The position numbers and the translations under genes were made by a program. Source: Candidatus Woesebacteria bacterium GW2011_GWC1_42_9 (GTDB lineage: Bacteria > Patescibacteriota > Microgenomatia > UBA8517). Taken from it: 64,000 nt of DNA. Shown here one piece after another: positions 57,142 to 64,000 of the stretch (its first letter is position 1; each line of letters starts with the position of its first letter). The notes under the pieces are model-generated. The model was not told the DNA's origin. It saw only the letters and a list, made by a program, of their open reading frames with translations, and made no database searches. Where the stretch lies: contig LCET01000001.1 of NCBI GenBank assembly GCA_000995185.1, positions 29,327-93,326 of the forward strand. The letters run 5' to 3'.

Positions 57142-57170
57142 AATTTGAAAGCAATATAGCAGATTTGCGC

Positions 57171-58679
57171 CTACTGTAAAAACTTAATTTTTTCTCCTGC
57201 CCGATACTTCTCGGTTAAATTGATGACCTTCCCTCTTGCAGGATCAAAACTACTACCACTTCTTTCGTAATCGTAATCAAATATAAAGACGTTTTCGCTA
57301 TTACTTCTGAATTCTTCTTCCCACCCTGGAAGTGGCAGAGCGAATGCAAACCCAAGAGGTGCGTAAAAGAGTTTAAACATCGGATTTGGCCAGCCGAGAT
57401 ATGACGGGGTAATCATGATGGACTCAGAGGTAAACTGGTCTGAAATTGATTTCGTGTAGGTTATAAATCTTTGCATCATTTCGGACGAGTATTGGATAGA
57501 GTCGATATGTTTGTTGATAATAATTGAATTGGAGATGACATAGATTGTTAGGATAATCAGAGAAGAAAAAAAGTATAGGCGCTGTCTTTTGGAGAACAAC
57601 ACATAGAGAATAATTGACCAGACGATCGAAAGCAAAATAGTTGAAAGGAAAAATTGCCTGCTTTGACCAATGCCTTTGTAGACATCAAGCTTTACATCCA
57701 CATAAACATAAAGAAACATGATCGATAATGCTCCGAGGAGACTTGTCAAATAAAGCTTTGTTAATCGACTCTCACCTTTGCGTATCCAGAAAATTACTCC
57801 AATATAAATTATGAGTAATACCTTTGTAGATAAATCAACGGCTTTAGTAAACGGATAGCTGAGTGAACCGTTCGGCCAATTTTTTGCGATCAATTTGATT
57901 ATGTCCGGCGGGAGGCTGATGATAGGGACTTGATAGGTAGTTTTTTGTATAACCCTGTCTTGAATAAGAACGAATTTTAGAGGATTTGTGGTTGGTTTTT
58001 GACCATCTTGGCTGTTGAAAATGTAGCTGATGGCGACAAACGGAATTGTGAGTGTGACCCCTAATGCGAGGCTTTTTATTTTAGATTTGCTGTCAATGAA
58101 TTGAACCAGCGGTAAAATAACAAACACGGGCAACATGAAAGTAGAAAAATGAGCCAGAAAAACGGCCATCATGAACAAAGCAACAGAAGTTACATAAAAT
58201 ATAAATCTTTTTTTTAGGAAAAACTTTTCTAGATAGTAAAAAGCGATGAGAGTAGGGAGCATGCCAGGGACTCGTTGAAGAAACCATTGATATTGCCCTG
58301 CGGCCATCATGCCAAATGAACCAATATAATTAGCCAGGAAGAAAACCGCGGATGAAAATCCGATAAGTGGGCTTTTAGTTATTTTAGTAATGATTAAAAA
58401 GAGAGTTGCATGCAAACTGCTTATAGTCAGCAAGAGGAAAAGTTGATAAAGGCGGATATTGTCACCAAATATTGGCGGAAGAATATCAAAGATTATTTTG
58501 GCAAAAATATCAAGTTGTTCCAAGGGTTTAAAATTATCCAATTTCGAAAAGAAGTCTTGGGATCGATCGAAATAATAATACCCTTCACCTAAGAATACCT
58601 GGTCAAGAATCTTGTGCCAGACAATAAAATCCAAGGCGAAAATAACTGTGATGATTAAAAAGAGTCGGCTTTTATTCAT
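57171..58679 (-). CDS. polytopic membrane protein of unknown function (possible glycan polymerase or GT-C-like)
   Basis: 502 aa with about 12 or more hydrophobic segments and a C-terminal soluble tail of about 100 aa. No recognisable motif. Embedded in the glycan cluster. Confidence 0.4.
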   Translation of the reverse strand: MNKSRLFLIITVIFALDFIVWHKILDQVFLGEGYYYFDRSQDFFSKLDNFKPLEQLDIFAKIIFDILPPIFGDNIRLYQLFLLLTISSLHATLFLIITKITKSPLIGFSSAVFFLANYIGSFGMMAAGQYQWFLQRVPGMLPTLIAFYYLEKFFLKKRFIFYVTSVALFMMAVFLAHFSTFMLPVFVILPLVQFIDSKSKIKSLALGVTLTIPFVAISYIFNSQDGQKPTTNPLKFVLIQDRVIQKTTYQVPIISLPPDIIKLIAKNWPNGSLSYPFTKAVDLSTKVLLIIYIGVIFWIRKGESRLTKLYLTSLLGALSIMFLYVYVDVKLDVYKGIGQSRQFFLSTILLSIVWSIILYVLFSKRQRLYFFSSLIILTIYVISNSIIINKHIDSIQYSSEMMQRFITYTKSISDQFTSESIMITPSYLGWPNPMFKLFYAPLGFAFALPLPGWEEEFRSNSENVFIFDYDYERSGSSFDPARGKVINLTEKYRAGEKIKFLQ

Positions 58680-58715
58680 TAAAATTTGTCATGATGGTGT
58701 TAGAATGGCATTGAT

Positions 58716-60899
58716 ATGCCACAACTTATAGCTTTTGTCCGTAAAAATCAATGGTTGCTTTTGATACTCTTTTTAGCATTTCTATTTCGATTTGTTGGCG
58801 TCAGGCCAGGCTATAACTCTTTTCATCCCGATGAGCCGATCTTAACAGGAAAGGCCATACAGATGATTAAAAGAGGAAACTTAGATCCTGGACGATACGA
58901 CTATCCAACATTGTCAATATATATCGATTTTCTATTTTTCAAATTTTTTTTCACTCCCATTTATTGGATGAAATATTACTTGACTAATATCGTTGGTATT
59001 ATTGACGGAGTAATCCATATCCCCCCAAGCGCATTGGAGGCCAAGCGGCTTTTTCAGGTTGAAATATTAGGAGTAAGAGACATTAGCGCTTTATTTTGGG
59101 GGAGGTATGTGTCGGCATTATTTAGTTTAGGATGTGTTTTTTTAATTTATCTATTGGGATGTAAATTATTTAATAAATCTATCGGCCTAGTTGCAGCCTT
59201 TTTGTTAATTTTTAATTTTAAGCATGTTGCTAATTCACATATCAACTTACCAGACACTTATAACTCGTTCTTTTTACTTTTATCAATTATTGCGAGCGTT
59301 AATCTTTGGCAGAGACCTTCCAAAAAAAATTATATATTGGGTGGTATTGCTGCAGGACTATTTTTTTCAACAAAGTATCAATTTTTTGCCCTATTCCCTT
59401 TTGGACTAGCACATTTATATCGCTCAAGAAACCCCTTTAGTTATATTTTTATATCCTCGGGATTGGTGTTTCTTTTGGTGTTTTTAATTTTAAATGCTTA
59501 TTTTTTTATAAACATAGAACTTGCGTTGTATTGGATGGCAAGTGTTTCTGGACGATATGCAGTTGGAACAAATAATCTAAATTTATTTCCTCTTTCTTAT
59601 CTTTATAAAGTTGACTACGGGCAATTCGAGTCGATCATGATCTTGATTGGAAGCATTTTAATTCTGAGAAAATCTTTTCGAAAAGGTTCGTTTCTTTTTG
59701 TAACAGTTATTCCTTTCGCTTTTATGTTTCTTTATTATACAGGCGGGGGATTGTTTGTTAGAAATTTCATTACTATCACGCCAATCTTATTATTATTGGC
59801 GGCTTATGGTATTTGGAATATATATAAGTTTTTTAACAAGAGGATAATACCAGCTTTTTCTACATTAGTTTTGTTTTTTTTGTTGTTGGGGTCAGTTTAT
59901 GTCCCTGCTAAAAATAGTTTGATTAATTCTTATTACTATACTAAGCCGTGGAATATTAATGTTTTAAAAGATTGGCAAAGACAAATTTTACCCGACAGTG
60001 TTGCGATCGCTGCCCACCCCTTTGATCCCGTTGAAGGACCGTCTAATGTCATCCGATCTGAATTTGAAATAAGTGGCAATTACTCTTTGAATGAGCACAG
60101 GGAAGCTGGGGCTGACTGGGCTTTAGTTAACCTAATGTGGGCAGCTAACCCTTTTTATTTTTGGATGGGCTATGGTTTTAAGGATTTAAATATTTATTGG
60201 GATAAGCCAATTGACCAATTGCGCAACATGTACCACGGCTTGGCTACAGAGGAGCTATTTCGTTATCAAGTTTTTTCGGTCACTAAGCCTTGGCAGGCGC
60301 CCGAGTTTAATTATGTGATGATCAAGTTTCCGGAGTGGCCTGAGGTGCAGATGAAAGCACTTAAATTATTTGATTTTAGCGACGGTACACAGGGGTGGAG
60401 TTTTGGTTATGACGACAAGATAGGCCACAGTAGCCCCGGATCTATCGCGGTAGAGTTATCTGGAGATAAGTTTCCTTATAAGCGAATAACTTCTGAACCA
60501 ATGGAAGTGAAACCTGGCCGCCTTTATAAAGTGGAAGGTTTCCTAAAGACAGGAGCGATACTCCCTTCAAATCAGAGAGATGGTTTGTTGCGAATTGATT
60601 TTTACAGTGAAGTTATTTATTCTGCTGATAGAGTTGGCTTGATTAGTTCAGTTTCGTCACGTGCGTGGGGACCAGATGATTGGTTTAAGAAGCAAGTAAT
60701 TGAGCGTGCTCCTGGCGGTGCAAAATACATGGTTGTAAGTTTGCAGGTTGGTTCATCTGGAAGGACTAAAATATGGGCTGACGATATCGTAGTAGAAGAG
60801 TCAGATTCTGAAATTGTTGAGATAACATCTCAACCTCCGTATCTTGACAAACCTATCGATTTAAATTTACTTTACTTTAATTCAATTGGTAATTTATGA
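58716..60899 (+). CDS. GT-C PMT_2-like membrane glycosyltransferase fused to a C-terminal carbohydrate-binding (CBM_4_9-like) domain
   Basis: 'FHPDEPILTGKAIQMIKRGNLDPGRYDYP' DE motif and a TM-rich core of about 420 aa. The C-terminal 'FDFSDGTQGWSFGYDDKIGHSSPGSIAVELSGD...GRLYKVEGFLKTG' has a CBM beta-sandwich character. Confidence 0.55.
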   Translation: MPQLIAFVRKNQWLLLILFLAFLFRFVGVRPGYNSFHPDEPILTGKAIQMIKRGNLDPGRYDYPTLSIYIDFLFFKFFFTPIYWMKYYLTNIVGIIDGVIHIPPSALEAKRLFQVEILGVRDISALFWGRYVSALFSLGCVFLIYLLGCKLFNKSIGLVAAFLLIFNFKHVANSHINLPDTYNSFFLLLSIIASVNLWQRPSKKNYILGGIAAGLFFSTKYQFFALFPFGLAHLYRSRNPFSYIFISSGLVFLLVFLILNAYFFINIELALYWMASVSGRYAVGTNNLNLFPLSYLYKVDYGQFESIMILIGSILILRKSFRKGSFLFVTVIPFAFMFLYYTGGGLFVRNFITITPILLLLAAYGIWNIYKFFNKRIIPAFSTLVLFFLLLGSVYVPAKNSLINSYYYTKPWNINVLKDWQRQILPDSVAIAAHPFDPVEGPSNVIRSEFEISGNYSLNEHREAGADWALVNLMWAANPFYFWMGYGFKDLNIYWDKPIDQLRNMYHGLATEELFRYQVFSVTKPWQAPEFNYVMIKFPEWPEVQMKALKLFDFSDGTQGWSFGYDDKIGHSSPGSIAVELSGDKFPYKRITSEPMEVKPGRLYKVEGFLKTGAILPSNQRDGLLRIDFYSEVIYSADRVGLISSVSSRAWGPDDWFKKQVIERAPGGAKYMVVSLQVGSSGRTKIWADDIVVEESDSEIVEITSQPPYLDKPIDLNLLYFNSIGNL

Positions 60900-63538
60900 G
60901 ACGGTATAAAGTATTTTTATTAATTACTGTCCTTATTTCTTATGGCCAGATATTGGGGATGGGTGTATGGAAAGATGATAACGCTATTTTTTTTAAATTT
61001 ACCCATGTCAACGAACCGACAGGGTTTTTCGGGACTGGTATTTTGGGTCAAGGACCATACCGGTTTTCAATCACTCCATATTGGTTTGTCTATCAATTGG
61101 TCGGATATGAACACATTTGGGCATATTATCTACTAATTTTATTTTTTTATTTTTTGATTGCCTTCTTGGTTTATAAGGTCTTTTCTAGAATAATATCACC
61201 ATTGGGTGGTCAGGTTGCAGGATTACTTTTCGCAGCTGGATATGTCGCTTCGGAAGGATACTTTTGGGTTGCAAACGCGATGTTAGCAAATGCGAGTATG
61301 GTGATTGACCTCTTGATCCTACTATTTTATCACCTCTATTTTCAAAAAAAGAGATTGACCTATTACTTATTTGCATTAGGGCTTTATTGGTTGGTTTCTT
61401 TCCTTATCCCCTTGAGGAACTATTACTTTGTTTCTATTGTGATAATTTTTGAGTTAATACACATAAATTTGCGAAATCTACCCAGAGCAATCTTAACATC
61501 ACTAATAAGATTGGTTCCTTTTGGGATAGTTTTTCAACGTTATTTTTTGAGCCAGATGGATGGTAGAGCAGTTTCGGTACAGAATTTTTTTGTCTCATTG
61601 AGGGGTGGTGATTTATATCTGACACAAGGATTCTTGTCGTCAATTGCCAGCTTGATTATCCCAGACTGGTTCGTGTTTTGGTTGTTCCGATATTTTCCAC
61701 CGAGGATCGCTCTTTTTTGTGTCATTTCACTATTTTTTATTGTTTTGTTTTTTCTTTTTAGGAGCCAGAGAAGAAAGTTTTTAAAGATTGTTTGTTTTAA
61801 TTTGTTTGGTATTGTTTGGTTGATTGTTTCTAGAAATCTATATGATACGCCCGTCCTTGCACTTGTCCCTGTCAGAATATTTATTATCCGGTTGGGGGGT
61901 CTAGTTTTAATCTTAGCTTTAAGTCTTCTTTTTACTCTCCCAAAAAAAATGAAGGGCCAGTTCTTCTTTTTCTTTTCTTGGTTTGTGATCAGTATTGCCG
62001 GGTATACTTTTTACGAACCAAAGGCATACCTGGGGACGACCCATCGTTATTTTGCGCATTCTCTGGTTCCTTTGGCCGGGGTTTTAGCTGTTGTTTTTGT
62101 TGCCGTAAAACCAAAAAATCTCTGGACTAAACTGGTTAGATCAATGATTATTTTTTGGGGACTTACGAATTTAGTTAGCTCGGTGATTTATCAAAATAAA
62201 ATATTGAAAGAACGAAGTATTCCAGTTAGGAATTTCTATGTGCAGTTAAAAGATCACCTTGAAAGGGTTAAACCCGGGGATGTTTTTTACTTTGATGTAG
62301 CGAAAGAGTCAGCATCACAATTTGGAGATGCCTTCAAGGTTTCTTCAATGCCGAATGAAACTGCGATAGCGTGGCGTTATGGTGTTGACAGGAATGACTT
62401 TCGTCTTTTTGACGATTTTGATAGTTTTATTATTTGGGTTTGGGATAATAAGCTCACAAGAGAGCAAATTCACACTTATTATTATTCCAAAGAAGGGTTG
62501 GTTGATACTTCAGTACAGACTTGGCACTATTTAAAAAACAAAGAGGGATACAAGGAATTGAACGTAACTGCGCAGAGAAGCAACGGAGGATTGGAAATTG
62601 CCTTTGACGAACCGATTAATTCTGTTTCTCCTCTTGAATTTGAACTTGGTATAAGTGCAAAGCCATTAGCAGTTTCAGAGCTTTCTTTTCCATATCACAA
62701 TGATGTGGCTTTATTTTCAAATAAGTTGGCCGGAGATTCTTCTTTACGCCAGAGCGCCTTTGACTATCAAAAACAAAAAGAGTCGTTGATGGCAAGGGCG
62801 AGAATTAGCACCAATAGTACATGGTTTGGAGATGTGGCTGACCACTTGATAGATGGTAATTTAGGGAGTGTTTGGCGCTCTCATAGAGTATTATGGTCAA
62901 AGGAAAAGTCAACGAATTTAACCGTAGATCTAACCACGGAATTGTCAGTTGATAGATTTGTTTGGTATAACGCTTACTCTAATAATACGCCTACGAGATA
63001 CCGGCTCGAGCTATCTTCTGATAATCAAGATTGGCTAACAGTTTATGAGTCGGAAGGTCAATATCGAATTGAGCCCAACGAGATACAGGTCATAAAGTTT
63101 AATCCCAGAAGAGCGAGATATGTTCGGATGACTATTACTAAAACCTTGAGTGATGATTCACCAGGGGTAGCTGAAGTTTGGGTAGTGCCGTCCAGTTTCG
63201 ATAATTTAGATATTGTAGAGGCAGAGTCGTTTCTGTCGCAGCCATTTGCATTCGTACCCAATGGGCAAGATTATTTGGACACCCTAAGGAATGTCGGCTA
63301 TATAGGTAGGGCGACGATCTATTGGGAAGATAATCAACGAAAAGAATGGACGACGAAGTTTGGATCAGAGGTCCGGCCCATGTATAACTCTAGCGATCAT
63401 TTATACACAGTTTATGTGCCCTCAAGAGGAACAAAAATTGAAAAAATAAGAATAGCTGATACAACAATACCAGGGGAGATTGAGATAACTAGTGTGAGAT
63501 ATAGACATCTTACTCTGGAGGAGATTTTGATAAGATGA
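60896..63538 (+). CDS. large polytopic membrane protein (GT-C-like) with a C-terminal F5/8 type C (discoidin) domain
   Basis: A TM-rich N-terminal 430 aa is followed by a soluble region. The C-terminal 'FGDVADHLIDGNLGSVWRSH...LTVDLTTELSVDRFVWYN...YRLELSSDNQDWLTVY...ARYVRMTI' fits the discoidin consensus closely. Confidence 0.6.
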   Translation: MRRYKVFLLITVLISYGQILGMGVWKDDNAIFFKFTHVNEPTGFFGTGILGQGPYRFSITPYWFVYQLVGYEHIWAYYLLILFFYFLIAFLVYKVFSRIISPLGGQVAGLLFAAGYVASEGYFWVANAMLANASMVIDLLILLFYHLYFQKKRLTYYLFALGLYWLVSFLIPLRNYYFVSIVIIFELIHINLRNLPRAILTSLIRLVPFGIVFQRYFLSQMDGRAVSVQNFFVSLRGGDLYLTQGFLSSIASLIIPDWFVFWLFRYFPPRIALFCVISLFFIVLFFLFRSQRRKFLKIVCFNLFGIVWLIVSRNLYDTPVLALVPVRIFIIRLGGLVLILALSLLFTLPKKMKGQFFFFFSWFVISIAGYTFYEPKAYLGTTHRYFAHSLVPLAGVLAVVFVAVKPKNLWTKLVRSMIIFWGLTNLVSSVIYQNKILKERSIPVRNFYVQLKDHLERVKPGDVFYFDVAKESASQFGDAFKVSSMPNETAIAWRYGVDRNDFRLFDDFDSFIIWVWDNKLTREQIHTYYYSKEGLVDTSVQTWHYLKNKEGYKELNVTAQRSNGGLEIAFDEPINSVSPLEFELGISAKPLAVSELSFPYHNDVALFSNKLAGDSSLRQSAFDYQKQKESLMARARISTNSTWFGDVADHLIDGNLGSVWRSHRVLWSKEKSTNLTVDLTTELSVDRFVWYNAYSNNTPTRYRLELSSDNQDWLTVYESEGQYRIEPNEIQVIKFNPRRARYVRMTITKTLSDDSPGVAEVWVVPSSFDNLDIVEAESFLSQPFAFVPNGQDYLDTLRNVGYIGRATIYWEDNQRKEWTTKFGSEVRPMYNSSDHLYTVYVPSRGTKIEKIRIADTTIPGEIEITSVRYRHLTLEEILIR

Positions 63539-64000
63539 AAAAACCGAAAATCATAGTCGTTATGCCTGCATACAATGCTGAAAAAACGCTGAAAAAAACT
63601 TATCGGGATATCCCCAAAGGCCTAGTGAATGAGGTAATTTTGGTAGATGATGGTTCAAAGGATAAGACGGTTGCCCTGGCCAAGAAACTTGGTATTACCG
63701 TTTTTGAGCATCCTAATAACTTAGGATATGGAGGTAATCAGAAGACTTGTTATTGGGAGGCACTGCAAAAGAATCCCGATGTGGTAGTGATGCTTCACCC
63801 AGATTATCAGTATGATTCCTCTTTGATAGGCGAGCTGGTTAGGCCGATTCTCCAAGGTAGGTTTGACTATATGTTTGGATCCAGAGTTAGGACGAGGAAG
63901 GAAGCTTTGGAAGGAGGAATGCCAGCGATCAAGTATTTAGTTAATAGAATTTATTCGCTCATTGCCAACTTAATTATGGGAGTAAATTTTACAGAGCACA
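63535..64000 (+). CDS. family 2 glycosyltransferase (DPM1-like), 3' end beyond window
   Basis: The ATG at 63535 overlaps the upstream TGA. 'KIIVVMPAYNAEKTLKKTYRDIP...VILVDDGSKDKT', 'HPDYQYD'. The ORF runs off the window end. Confidence 0.7.
   Translation, partial: MKKPKIIVVMPAYNAEKTLKKTYRDIPKGLVNEVILVDDGSKDKTVALAKKLGITVFEHPNNLGYGGNQKTCYWEALQKNPDVVVMLHPDYQYDSSLIGELVRPILQGRFDYMFGSRVRTRKEALEGGMPAIKYLVNRIYSLIANLIMGVNFTEH

Noticed and set aside
1-64000. CRISPR arrays, tRNA/rRNA genes, transposases, integrases, phage genes
   Set aside because: No regularly spaced direct repeats were seen. No ORF has DDE/tyrosine-recombinase features. The few intergenic gaps of 100 nt or less are too short or too unstructured for tRNAs. 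The cluster does not look mobile.

Overview
The whole 64 kb window is a single contiguous glycoconjugate-biosynthesis supercluster. It is AT-rich by eye (not computed) and almost entirely coding, with about 54 CDS. Many genes overlap at their start/stop codons (ATGA/TAATG), as in long operons. I found no rRNA, tRNA, CRISPR array, transposase/integrase or housekeeping gene; every recognisable product belongs to surface-glycan synthesis. The most striking feature is the number of polytopic GT-C-fold membrane glycosyltransferases: at least 16, falling into 4-5 subfamilies. Eight of them are PMT_2/ArnT-like (GT39/GT83-type) paralogs in a tandem array at 13.5-30.1 kb, each carrying a conserved 'DE..GY.AYS' first-loop motif. 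Two further GT-C-like pairs carry C-terminal discoidin (F5/8 type C) or CBM-like carbohydrate-binding domains. A YfhO-like protein, a PIG-V-like protein and two members of a second family with a shared HERYL motif complete the set. Around them are at least four DPM1/GtrB-like polyprenol-phosphate-sugar synthases (GT2), about ten other GT2 and five GT4 soluble transferases, and two Wzx-type flippases. There are also six SAM methyltransferases (one fused to a DegT-type sugar aminotransferase), a B12-binding radical SAM enzyme, a GalU-like nucleotidyltransferase, GDP-mannose 4,6-dehydratase (gmd) and a small cupin that may be a ketoisomerase. The gene content and tight packing resemble glycosylation islands of small-genome, Candidate-Phyla-Radiation-like bacteria. 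My interpretation is an extracytoplasmic, lipid-phosphate-sugar-driven oligosaccharide assembly line. It would be analogous to the eukaryotic ER-lumenal ALG/PMT logic or to mycobacterial Emb/Aft cell-wall glycan assembly. The target is unknown (protein, S-layer or glycolipid).
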